Source: a virus
Reading direction: 5' to 3' (one strand)
Length of the DNA stretch: 64,000 nt
Virus record (IMG/VR): IMGVR_UViG_3300008085_000023
Span: 77,906-141,905 of that record
This document shows, piece by piece, positions 26,918 through 35,723 of the stretch. Position 1 is the stretch's first letter. Each line of letters opens with the position of its first letter. Below the pieces are notes generated by a model. It made no database searches. It saw nothing but the letters and a program-made list of their open reading frames with translations, and had not been told where the DNA came from. The position numbers and the translations under genes were made by a program.

Positions 26918-27535
26918 CTATTTGCGAAATGTTTCCTCAACAGCTTCGTCTACCACCACATCCTTAACAATTTTAACGGTGATTGTCTTAGTGAGTTTCT
27001 GATGAGGATATGTATACTTTTCCCAAGTCGTTTCAATCTCATCACCTGCAATAAAAATAGTCTTCTTGTAGGTAATTCGTTTTTGCACGCCTCGATATAT
27101 CTTTTGCACCTTAGGATAATCATCAATATGTTCTTTATTACAACTGATAGCAAACATGTGGCCATCGAATGATCCCATCCTAACATCACCAATAATACAA
27201 GCAGAATTTGTCGCCGCAAAAACATAATCATTGAATTGGCCAACCATGTATGCATATTCAGGCGCGCATATTTGCTTAAGACCGCGGTCATAATTGGATA
27301 TGCATTGAGTCCAACTGTTCGTTACTAGCTCTTCGCTCGCTGTGGTTGGTTCTACCCTCTCGGCCGCGCTATAATTGACGACGTCGACATGTGCAATTAC
27401 ACCCCATACATAGTTTGTCATGGTCGGCAAAGTGATGCGCTCATTCTCCCATATAGCTTTCTTATCCAGCTCTTCAGCTCTGCAGCCAATTGTAATCAGC
27501 ATCAAAGCAATTATCGTACTCGCTTTATTCATCAT
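26918..27535 (-). CDS. Hypothetical exported protein or lipoprotein
   Basis: N-terminal hydrophobic stretch ending ITIGC. Confidence 0.5.
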   Translation of the reverse strand: MMNKASTIIALMLITIGCRAEELDKKAIWENERITLPTMTNYVWGVIAHVDVVNYSAAERVEPTTASEELVTNSWTQCISNYDRGLKQICAPEYAYMVGQFNDYVFAATNSACIIGDVRMGSFDGHMFAISCNKEHIDDYPKVQKIYRGVQKRITYKKTIFIAGDEIETTWEKYTYPHQKLTKTITVKIVKDVVVDEAVEETFRK

Positions 27536-27549
27536 ATATATATTCCTTA

Positions 27550-28170
27550 TTATATTTCAACCGTAATTGGTTGGTTTGTTATATCGTAGTGTTCATCACA
27601 TTGACATGCATTAATATATGTCGTTCCATCAATATCAATACGCCCGTGGGCCTCGTGGATGTGGCCGAAAAGGTGATACTTAGGGGAAACCCTTCTAAGT
27701 TCGATCTGCAGCTCTGATGATCCCACGCTACCATCTCGACATACATCCATGACACCATAAGGCGGGCAGTGCGTGATTAAAAAGTCTGTAGACTCTGGAA
27801 TCTGTCTGTATATCTCTCGAAGTTGAAATACATCACGAACATTAAAAGCCCAATTGCAAAAGAATGGCTGATATGGCGTACCATAAAACTCAATGCCATC
27901 AATTACAACACTGGAGTCCTTTAAGTATATAATGCCTGCAGCACGGATGTCATCTTCGAGATTTAATTGCGTTTCAAGGCATCTATCATGATTTCCTGCA
28001 ACGAAAATCTTATGTGTGCAAGGATAATCCTTGTACCATTCAATAAAGCTCTTTAATTCATTAACGCTTCCATGGCCACACACATCTCCTGCATGCACTA
28101 CAACGTCTGCATGTACCTTATCAACTTGGGCGTGGTAGCGGTGCGTATCTGATATACAAACTATTTTCAT
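27550..28170 (-). CDS. Calcineurin-like metallophosphoesterase
   Basis: ISDTH, HAGD, GNHD, THCPP, FGHIHE. Confidence 0.92.
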   Translation of the reverse strand: MKIVCISDTHRYHAQVDKVHADVVVHAGDVCGHGSVNELKSFIEWYKDYPCTHKIFVAGNHDRCLETQLNLEDDIRAAGIIYLKDSSVVIDGIEFYGTPYQPFFCNWAFNVRDVFQLREIYRQIPESTDFLITHCPPYGVMDVCRDGSVGSSELQIELRRVSPKYHLFGHIHEAHGRIDIDGTTYINACQCDEHYDITNQPITVEI

Positions 28171-28376
28171 GTTCTATTCCTTATTGATTCGTTCCATGTT
28201 CGGCACAGAAGGTGAAACTCATGGGATTGTAAATGATAGCCGCAGCGTTCACACCGTATCAAAAACACACCAACAATACATCTAACTGTTGGCGCACCGT
28301 TTTGACAACACTTATCAAGCAATCCATGCGCATACGCGCGATAACCAATAATTCTTTTAATCTCTTTAGCAGTCAT
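28167..28376 (-). CDS. Small Cys-rich (zinc-binding) hypothetical protein
   Basis: CC...CERCG...WN; ATGA overlap with the next gene. Confidence 0.5.
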   Translation of the reverse strand: MTAKEIKRIIGYRAYAHGLLDKCCQNGAPTVRCIVGVFLIRCERCGYHLQSHEFHLLCRTWNESIRNRT

Positions 28377-28475
28377 TGGTCTTCACAGCAATTCATTAAA
28401 ATGATTAGGTCTTCCGACTCTAACGGCAACGCTACTTTCGTGGGCCGACCTACCAGACCACAACGCTGTCTAATT

Positions 28476-28625
28476 TCACTTAGGGGCTGAAAACACGTGA
28501 CGCGGCTTGCACGTAAAACACTCACTACGCTGTGGCTTGCCGTCAGTGCGAGGCAGGATTGAAAATTCCTTACCACAACCACTATTTGCACATGTAACAT
28601 TGATTCGTTTCTTCATCGTATTCAT
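28476..28625 (-). CDS. 49-aa zinc-ribbon protein (not in ORF track)
   Basis: MNTMKKRINVTCANSGCGKEF...CFTCKPRH; AGGAAGG RBS and promoter upstream. Confidence 0.65.
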   Translation of the reverse strand: MNTMKKRINVTCANSGCGKEFSILPRTDGKPQRSECFTCKPRHVFSAPK

Positions 28626-28653
28626 AATTTATACCTTCCTTAACTAGGGATCT

Positions 28654-28683
28654 ATTCTACCATAGTCTATTATTATTGTACAC
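28654..28683 (-). promoter_or_regulatory. Early-type promoter
   Basis: GTGTACA-N17-TAGAAT. Confidence 0.72.
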
Positions 28684-28707
28684 TGTTTTTTTACAACTAT
28701 AGTTACT

Positions 28708-28745
28708 TATTGTATTGCAATGGCAATATTGTATTGCAATGGCAA
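28708..28745. repeat. Perfect 19-nt tandem duplication
   Basis: tattgtattgcaatggcaa x2. Confidence 0.85.
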
Positions 28746-28751
28746 CACTGC

Positions 28752-28825
28752 TGGTTGGCCTAACAGGATTTGAACCTGTCCCAAGAGTGTCAAAGACTCT
28801 TGTGCTGCCACTACACTATAGGCCA
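28752..28825 (-). tRNA. tRNA-Gln(TTG)
   Basis: AGAGT-CTTTGAC-ACTCT, CCA. Confidence 0.9.
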
Positions 28826-28830
28826 GACAA

Positions 28831-28989
28831 ATATTCAGAAGGATTCGAACCTTCATCTCCCTGAACTATCAGGGGCGTTACACTAGGCTTCGGGAATCTT
28901 TACGCAGTAGAGTGTCTCACCGTGTTCGCATCTGCAACCCTGACTTTATGTGCCCTTTGTGGTATTCATTCCCACTTACGCTATGAATA
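28831..28989 (-). ncRNA. tRNA-like RNA with a large insertion in the D-loop
   Basis: Acceptor TATTCA/TGAATA, D-stem GCGT/ACGC, CCCTGA/TCAGGG arm, canonical T-arm. Confidence 0.6.
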
Positions 28990-29004
28990 AAATTTTAAAT
29001 TATC

Positions 29005-29126
29005 GTCGTAGATAAGGTGCCAACCTAACAGCTGCCTACTCTTTCGAGTCGCTGGGTCTTACGGGGTTACTGGTTTGTTGGCTTTACTATTAACCCTTTT
29101 TCAAAAATCTATTCATAATCTACGAC
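29005..29126 (-). ncRNA. Structured RNA candidate
   Basis: GTCGTAGAT/ATCTACGAC, GCCAAC/GTTGGC, ACTC-GAAA-GAGT. Confidence 0.45.
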
Positions 29127-29174
29127 ATTAACAATTAAACTTATTACACTCAGGTACTTATACACAATTGGAAT

Positions 29175-29405
29175 CTATTCATGAGTTGGGCGTTGGCTAA
29201 TCAAATAGCAATCCTTGCCACCACAGAACTTTTCGCGAAACTCTGCTGCATCAGTAAATAAGTGATGTTCGAAATAATCAGCTGTAGCAACCTTAGTACC
29301 AACATCATGGTGAGCTTCTTCCGACCGATGCCATTTATTTATAGCTATACGTTCTGATAGAAATTCTAGCTGAGCGGCAATCATTTCGTGGCAAGGGCAT
29401 CTCAT
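29175..29405 (-). CDS. Small hypothetical protein (KW..SE...HDVG...A..DY motif, DUF4032-like)
   Basis: ORF with TATAAATA at 29415-29422; family call from recall only. Confidence 0.5.
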   Translation of the reverse strand: MRCPCHEMIAAQLEFLSERIAINKWHRSEEAHHDVGTKVATADYFEHHLFTDAAEFREKFCGGKDCYLISQRPTHE

Positions 29406-29413
29406 GATAATCC

Positions 29414-29767
29414 CTATTTATAAATGTCTCTCCACCACAATATAAGAGCACGTTTAAATTTGCTCATTGACTGTATTTGTTCCAGTGTGTATCCTTTATT
29501 CTTCAAATACATATAATCGCCGCAATACTTCTTTTGCTGTAACTTACGTCTGGTCTTCTCTGCAAGAAATGCGGCAAGATTATTCTCACCTTCATGTGGA
29601 CACTCATATTCATCAGGCCAAATAGTTACCAGAGTACACTCATCGGGATTATCTATAGAATATAGTTTTTCGTCGATGGTATTTTTGCATAGCAAATGCT
29701 GATGATCATCGAGAATTAGTGTACCATCACGATACACCTTATAATACACGACGTTGGCGCTTGTCAT
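29414..29767 (-). CDS. Hypothetical protein, start revised to MTSANVVY
   Basis: GAAAGG RBS; the upstream extension in the track overlaps a structured RNA. Confidence 0.55.
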   Translation of the reverse strand: MTSANVVYYKVYRDGTLILDDHQHLLCKNTIDEKLYSIDNPDECTLVTIWPDEYECPHEGENNLAAFLAEKTRRKLQQKKYCGDYMYLKNKGYTLEQIQSMSKFKRALILWWRDIYK

Positions 29768-29787
29768 AATATACCTTTCACTAAAAA

Positions 29788-29917
29788 TGGAGATCCGGCT
29801 GGGAATGTCTACCCAACGCCAAAAGTGCAACTCCTGAGAAGGATGTTTATCGGTTCTACCAGCACTTAGAGGCTTATATATGCGCAAAGTCTCGGTTACA
29901 TTTGCGCACCACGGATT
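29788..29917 (-). ncRNA. CCA-terminated tRNA-like RNA just downstream of tmRNA
   Basis: ATCCG/CGGAT closing stem then C-T-CCA; GTTGGG/CCCAGC T-like arm; TGCGCAAA/TTTGCGCA; AAGTGC/GCACTT. Confidence 0.5.
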
Positions 29918-29929
29918 ATTCATAAAAAT

Positions 29930-30297
29930 TGGTGGAGGTGGAGGAGAGTCGAACTCCTCGTCCGTAAGTAAATTAAATACAAACTTCTACATGCTTAGTT
30001 AACAATTACTTGGCCGTTAACTAGCCGCAATAGCCACTTTCCAAGGGAACGTAATGCAGGCTATATCCCTATTGCAACTAATCAAGAGCAGTTACCAACT
30101 CTGGTCTCTTTGCGTAGCGTGTCCTACTCCTAGTTACTCCCAAAGAATATCTTCACTAGTTTCGTATCGCTGGGTTTAAGCAGCGAGAGGAAGTGCGTTA
30201 TCAGCTACTTCATGAAAGGCTTTTAGAGAGGCCAACCTTGTCATTCCTCTGCATGCGGTCTGTGTTAGATTCCAAACGTCGAAACCAAAACACCCCC
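29930..30297 (-). ncRNA. ssrA: tmRNA, tag approximately (A)ADNALPLAA
   Basis: 5' GGGGGTG...GGTTTCGAC; 3' T-arm plus CACCTCCACCA; G3:U pair; ORF ending CTC GCT GCT TAA. Confidence 0.92.
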
Positions 30298-30361
30298 GTT
30301 TATTAAATCAATACATCACTATTTCCAAGCATCACCTTCTCTCTAATTTGATTATGGTACT

Positions 30362-30391
30362 AATATACCATAGTCGAGCTAGAATGTACAC
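30362..30391 (-). promoter_or_regulatory. Early-type promoter upstream of tmRNA
   Basis: GTGTACA-N17-TATATT. Confidence 0.75.
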
Positions 30392-30425
30392 TGTTATTTA
30401 TCTACAGTTTATCGCTACTTTATTT

Positions 30426-30680
30426 TTATACTGTCTGCAGAATGAACGAAGCCAAGAAACCATGAATATCTTCGTCTTCAAAACCATCATCACGCATATC
30501 CTCTGCAATCTCGTTGATCGCTGTGCGTAATGCCCGCATAGATGCTGTGCGAACGAGGCCTTCGGCACGTTTATTGTTTGCGCGTTCGCCTACTTTAATG
30601 CTCAATGCTTCGTCAATAGGTTTCTTTTGCTCCGGCTCTTTGCTGACGGCTTCTGCGATACTTTGAATTAAACTACTCAT
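30426..30680 (-). CDS. Hypothetical late protein
   Basis: AAGGA RBS; TATAAATA at 30729-30736. Confidence 0.6.
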   Translation of the reverse strand: MSSLIQSIAEAVSKEPEQKKPIDEALSIKVGERANNKRAEGLVRTASMRALRTAINEIAEDMRDDGFEDEDIHGFLASFILQTV

Positions 30681-30737
30681 GCTACGTATTCCTTATGTAT
30701 TATTAGGTTAGATTATTGACCAAAATATTATTTATAT

Positions 30738-31028
30738 TCATGTCCAATCCCACTGATCTGTATGTTTAAAAAGAGGAATGTTTGTGTACCGTTCGTTAAC
30801 CATTGCATCTCGTACTTTTGCACGTTCGATGCGACGTTTCATTTGTTTGAAAAGGCTTGAGGGTTTATTCCAAGGCTTGCGATCACGATTGCGTGTAGTG
30901 ATCTTCTCAAACCACGCTACTCCTGACCATTTTGGAATATCTTCATGAGACCAATCATCACGCCAGTGATAAATGTTACCTTTAACTTTTACAAAACTGC
31001 TTAGTTGTGTACGATATGTTCTGCTCAT
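30738..31028 (-). CDS. Small basic Trp-rich hypothetical protein (MSRTYR...)
   Basis: AGGAG RBS. Confidence 0.65.
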   Translation of the reverse strand: MSRTYRTQLSSFVKVKGNIYHWRDDWSHEDIPKWSGVAWFEKITTRNRDRKPWNKPSSLFKQMKRRIERAKVRDAMVNERYTNIPLFKHTDQWDWT

Positions 31029-31110
31029 ATTATCTCCTAGTTTGTTATCTAGAAGACCGAGTATAACCTGTTTGTCATTAAACGATTCATATTGAACTTA
31101 TCCTTTTCAT

Positions 31111-31186
31111 TGGAGCCCGCAGTAGGCTTCGAACCAACGACCTGCTCATTACAAGTGAGCTGCTCTACCAACTGAGCTATACGGGC
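31111..31186 (-). tRNA. tRNA-Thr(TGT)
   Basis: Canonical cloverleaf, GCTCA-CTTGTAA-TGAGC, CCA. Confidence 0.92.
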
Positions 31187-31392
31187 AAGACGCTGCTAGG
31201 CCTATCTACGATTTACGCAGAGGAAGGGATCAAACAGCTTAATATTTATTACATTAAACTAATGGATCATAAAATGTACATTATACTGGCTTAATGACTA
31301 CTATATGATACATTAGCTGGCATATACTGCCATAACAGACCATATAATAGCTCTTCTGGCCAGATATAGGTATATCTGAATAATCTGGTAAT

Positions 31393-31433
31393 AGTATATC
31401 ATAATCCAATAGAATTGTACATCATTATTTATA
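31393..31433 (-). promoter_or_regulatory. Early-type promoter (31393-31422) with adjacent late promoter (31426-31433)
   Basis: ATGTACA-N17-TATACT; TATAAATA. Confidence 0.6.
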
Positions 31434-33345
31434 ACATGTCTTTGTATGCGGATTCGACTATATTAAAATAGTTATCCCACGTTCGATCAGCCACCAAACT
31501 TGGAGCTATCTTTTTAAAATCAGCAAGGATCTGACGATCCTGTTCAATATCTTTGAGTTTGTCAACGAACGCTTCTGCTAAATCCCAACATATATTTTTA
31601 GGTGGAAGTATTTCTGACGCGACACCACACTTCGTTGTTAGAACATAGATACCTGCAGCAGTAGCTTCTATTAACGGCAAAGGTGTTCCTTCATATTTCG
31701 AACATATCACTAACACGTCGATCTTTTTAGCAGCGTTTACCGTAAATCTTTTTAGCAGCGGATCATTTATAACAGCAGCGTGTTCAGATATAACCAATTC
31801 AAATTTATTAGGGTCAAGCTTTTTAATAATATCAAAAAATAGATTCTCGCCCTTAACTCCATCAGGATAACTTCGCGTGATGTATCCTACCCGCAATTTG
31901 CGGGTGCGGTTTATTGGCGAAGGTTTAAAGAGTGTAGTGTTAATAGGCGCCAATGGTGTAAGAACCCGGCGGGATGCCGATACATTATCGTAAAACTTTA
32001 GTTGTTCTTGAGACGTGTAAAATACTTTAGCAAAACTACTAATCATAATTCTACGATACCCTGGTTTGTGCCGCTGTTCATCAAATGGACTGTCATGCAT
32101 CATATGAATGCCATGCTTGCAATACTTACTTGAACGTTCTATTGTCTTAAAAAACTTCTTTGAAATTTCACACGTCGGGCGCCAATACTGATATATGTCA
32201 GCATCTGCTAATGGATTACATGTTTCAATGATTTCGTATTTGCCGGCAAATCTCTCTTTATAAAGATTAAGCATTTTCTCAAATACCCAATCTGACTTAC
32301 CGGACATTACCATATTGACCTTCGGCAAATTGGTTATCATTGCCGGACTGGCTGTAGTCATATCACGCTGTAAATATTCGTCGATACAATTTTTTATCTT
32401 TTCTTTAAATGTCGGTATGTTAACATCACAAATTTCTTGCCACCAGTTGTATAGGAAGCGTTTTAATTTAGCGGGGTCAATGACGTCCTTTTTTGCAAGG
32501 GCTGTAGCTATTTGATCAGAAGTGTAATTCTGAAAAGTTCCAAGATAATAATCGGACTGCGCAAAAGTGAACACTGGTTTTAATCGACATAACGCTTCAA
32601 AGCCAACGCCCGAATTCATAACACAAACTGCTATTGCTTTGTCTAATAATAAGCGAACATCAGCTGTTGATACAAAGACGTCAGAATTACTTTTCACAAG
32701 AGCTGCGATTGCAGTTCTCGATACATGCTGCTTATCAGTACCCGGATGTATCTTGATGACAGTTGCTATACCCAACATACGAGCGGCATCTATTGCGCGT
32801 CTTATCATTACAGTCGTCGACATAAATCGGCGCGTCATCACTGTATCGTCTTCAACTTGTAACGCAACAAAAATAAAGTCGTTTGGAATTGCAGCTTCAA
32901 GAGGAGCAGTGTTTTTCTCTTTGTATTTCGTATCACTTAGACATGGTTTAATGTGTTGTTCGTAAAAATCATTATACACTGATTCTCTAAGTATTTTACC
33001 AGACATCAAAGGTTTGTGGCATATATCAGAAAAACAACTATATCCACCCGATCCGAAATAAAACTGGTTTGGATAATAAACAGATTTGTACGTTATCGTC
33101 TTAGGTAATGCTGGCGATGTTAAGTGGTGAGCTAGAAATAACTCAAACGTATGCTGATTAACTAAAATGTGTTGTGTTAAATCGGTTATCCCTTGAGTCG
33201 TTGGCGTTACTTCAAATATTTCGATATCATAGTCGTTCGAATATACATCACAGACGACTTGATACATTGCGTTCCAGTACAACCATGTCTGAGCATCTGC
33301 GGCCCAACGGGGTTTGCTGACAACTATTTTTGGTTTTGAATTCAT
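31429..33345 (-). CDS. KpsS/KpsC-like capsule-synthesis domain fused to a GT4-like glycosyltransferase
   Basis: FVALQVEDD, IKIHP, NSGVGFEAL...KPV; C-terminal SKYEGTPLPLIEA..AG. Confidence 0.75.
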   Translation of the reverse strand: MNSKPKIVVSKPRWAADAQTWLYWNAMYQVVCDVYSNDYDIEIFEVTPTTQGITDLTQHILVNQHTFELFLAHHLTSPALPKTITYKSVYYPNQFYFGSGGYSCFSDICHKPLMSGKILRESVYNDFYEQHIKPCLSDTKYKEKNTAPLEAAIPNDFIFVALQVEDDTVMTRRFMSTTVMIRRAIDAARMLGIATVIKIHPGTDKQHVSRTAIAALVKSNSDVFVSTADVRLLLDKAIAVCVMNSGVGFEALCRLKPVFTFAQSDYYLGTFQNYTSDQIATALAKKDVIDPAKLKRFLYNWWQEICDVNIPTFKEKIKNCIDEYLQRDMTTASPAMITNLPKVNMVMSGKSDWVFEKMLNLYKERFAGKYEIIETCNPLADADIYQYWRPTCEISKKFFKTIERSSKYCKHGIHMMHDSPFDEQRHKPGYRRIMISSFAKVFYTSQEQLKFYDNVSASRRVLTPLAPINTTLFKPSPINRTRKLRVGYITRSYPDGVKGENLFFDIIKKLDPNKFELVISEHAAVINDPLLKRFTVNAAKKIDVLVICSKYEGTPLPLIEATAAGIYVLTTKCGVASEILPPKNICWDLAEAFVDKLKDIEQDRQILADFKKIAPSLVADRTWDNYFNIVESAYKDML

Positions 33346-33592
33346 TATAAACTATTACTCCGTTTCTGTCGCAAAATATAATTTCCGGCTTTAATATGTT
33401 TATCACACTGTGTGACAGTTTCAGCATGATCATCTATGAACGAAAAGAGTCATATCCATATGACATACAAAACTTAGAAACTTCATCAAACGATTGACTT
33501 GATAGTAGCTCAATGAAAATGACAGGCTTGTCCTTCTTTACAAGCATCTCAACTTGGTGATTGGATATCTCTATAGATGTTGTTTCATTCAT
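33346..33592 (-). pseudogene. Probable FkbM-type methyltransferase remnant, frameshifted
   Basis: MNETT...KKDKPVIFIE...YGY, then FIDD...GNYIL in another frame. Confidence 0.4.
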
Positions 33593-34217
33593 TTCTTTTT
33601 GTACCCCAATATCGCAAAGTCATCAGCATAAAACTCGTTGATATGTTTAATTGTATTTGGCGTTAAGTAGTAATCTACGCTTTGGCGGGAAATGGGATTA
33701 TTATTTTCTTTACGTGCTGTAGCATTTATATGCTTCAGTTCATCTTTAGAAGTATTGAATGGAAGCGATAACCATGCTTCGTTCAAATCTTCAAATGGTA
33801 TAATTGCATCGAACATGTTAGGATATATCCAATCGATTTGGGGCTGGGCGTGGATGCAATGGGTTCCAGATTGTCCGAGTTCTGGCAAATGCCTACAGAA
33901 GTTTTCGAATGAAATGTCATTTCCTAAAATAGCTATCATCTTTCCACCCTTGGCCCAACGTTTCAGGGGCGGAACTGGCTCTATTGGTCCGTCAGCTTGT
34001 CCGCGGTGTGTAGTGGCCCACCATACTGACACAATACGGTCATACGGATTTCGAACAATTGTGAATTTGAAAAAGTCTCTGTATTCTTTAGGAATTACTT
34101 TATGATGTTCTTTATACAATTCGCCTGCAAACACATTGCGTAAAGAATTGTATACACTACGTGTTCCCGTTTTTGGAATTGCAACAAAACTACTTTATGT
34201 TTATTTGATATAATCAT
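33589..34217 (-). pseudogene. Sulfotransferase family 2 gene with a 1-nt frameshift near its start
   Basis: MIISNKHKVV in one frame; FVAIPKTGTRS...FTIVRNPYDRIVS...YADDF..LGY in another. Confidence 0.75.
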
Positions 34218-34224
34218 GGTCACC

Positions 34225-34458
34225 TCACAAACTTAAACATTCGCGCATCCATTGAATTTGTTTTACAGGCGAGGATGTTTCTGTTACAACTGGTAATTCA
34301 TTGACATCTGTTAGTGTTACATCAACAAATGCTGCTTCTAGGATGCTTAGTATGTAGCGAGGATGGGAATTATAAAACAGGTGTTGACCTAATGTCTGTA
34401 AACCGACGTCATTCCAGAACTTTGTATACTTTGGAAATCTCGCTGTTAGATTCTTCAT
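34225..34458 (-). CDS. Short hypothetical protein, possibly a gene fragment
   Basis: ORF within the glyco locus. Confidence 0.35.
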   Translation of the reverse strand: MKNLTARFPKYTKFWNDVGLQTLGQHLFYNSHPRYILSILEAAFVDVTLTDVNELPVVTETSSPVKQIQWMRECLSL

Positions 34459-34488
34459 TATAAAATTATCGCATGTAACGCCTTAGCG

Positions 34489-35295
34489 CTATGATATAGG
34501 AATTAGATCGCTGATGAAATATCGTTTTCCGCTATAATCAACAACATAATTTGTTTTCCGCTCTTTAATGACAAAGCGTATGTTCGTCTTAATAGAACAT
34601 ACTGTTTCACCGAGTCTAAAAATCTCATTAGCAACATAAAGTTCACGAACATCTGACTTTTTCGGTAGTTGCACGTGCTCGCGGAAAGACTTTATAACCG
34701 GCATATTCATACCTTTACGAATGTCATTCAAGAGTTTCTCGACATCATTAAAACCCCGAGGCATTCCAGTTGAAAACAATTTCAGATCACCATCTGCTGC
34801 GGCGGCGCGGAGTTTAGAAGCTGACATTGCACTTACTACATCATCTGCATCGGGATCACGAGCTCCGGCCGAGATCAGGTGAATACCATCAGGGAAGTTA
34901 TAGTACTTACCATTTGATTCAACACCATTATATTTAACAAGGAACTCGAACGCTTTCAGGCGGTCTGAACCAACTACTAACTGCGCCTTAGTATATCCCA
35001 TATCATATAGCTTTATAATGGCATCTAGGGGTGTCTTGATGGCTCGATCGATGTCTATGTTCTTGGCGTACTTCGGAAACATCTTCTTGAGATATTTTCC
35101 CTTTAGTTCAAACGGTAATGGATTCTTTTTAGGATCCTCTGATTGTGATGGAAAGATAAAGAAGTCTCCACCTTTAGCGGTTTGCTTTACTTTGTCAAGT
35201 AGCTTTTCGTGACCTACTGTGGGAGGATTAAAACGGCCAAAGGCAAACGTAACTGTCTTTGTGGTTTCTTCTCTAAATTGACTAAATGATTTCAT
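34489..35295 (-). CDS. Cytidylyltransferase-like (HIGH-class) nucleotidyltransferase
   Basis: FGRFNPPTVGHEKL, VVGSDR, SAGARDPD, MSASKLR. Confidence 0.85.
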   Translation of the reverse strand: MKSFSQFREETTKTVTFAFGRFNPPTVGHEKLLDKVKQTAKGGDFFIFPSQSEDPKKNPLPFELKGKYLKKMFPKYAKNIDIDRAIKTPLDAIIKLYDMGYTKAQLVVGSDRLKAFEFLVKYNGVESNGKYYNFPDGIHLISAGARDPDADDVVSAMSASKLRAAAADGDLKLFSTGMPRGFNDVEKLLNDIRKGMNMPVIKSFREHVQLPKKSDVRELYVANEIFRLGETVCSIKTNIRFVIKERKTNYVVDYSGKRYFISDLIPIS

Positions 35296-35714
35296 GATCG
35301 TTTCCCTAAAATATATTTATTTGTTATGGCATTCGAAGTTATGAAGTCAACTCGAAAATTAGTTGGATCGGCCGGACGCAGTTCTGGTAATTTATCACGG
35401 GCAAATGATACTAATACAGCGCCATCTTTATGATCCTTCCAAGCTCTAATTGCAAATCGTCCTGCGAGCTGGATGTCTTCTGTAACGTATGGTGAATCCC
35501 CTCCACGCGTGTTGCCCTGACCCATTGAGGTAATCATCTTCTCATGAATAAGCGCTCTATACTCTTTCATGCACATCCCGCGATACACCTCACGAGGATT
35601 GCTTATCATCTTCGAAATCTTTATTGCTATCTTAAGCTCTTCGCCCTTAGGTTCAAACAACAAGTAATCAAAAACTGTTTTAGCTTCTCGTAAATATGTT
35701 AGAAAGTTTTTCAT
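35292..35714 (-). CDS. Hypothetical protein, possible ADP-ribosyltransferase fold
   Basis: VYRGM...SPYVT.D...A..FA; CTS-like N-terminus. Confidence 0.45.
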   Translation of the reverse strand: MKNFLTYLREAKTVFDYLLFEPKGEELKIAIKISKMISNPREVYRGMCMKEYRALIHEKMITSMGQGNTRGGDSPYVTEDIQLAGRFAIRAWKDHKDGAVLVSFARDKLPELRPADPTNFRVDFITSNAITNKYILGKRS

Positions 35715-35723
35715 TAGTTAAAT

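Noticed and set aside
31250-31392. Replication origin or iterons in an AT-rich intergenic stretch
   Set aside because: Only loose CTGG/ATA recurrences; no definable repeat unit.
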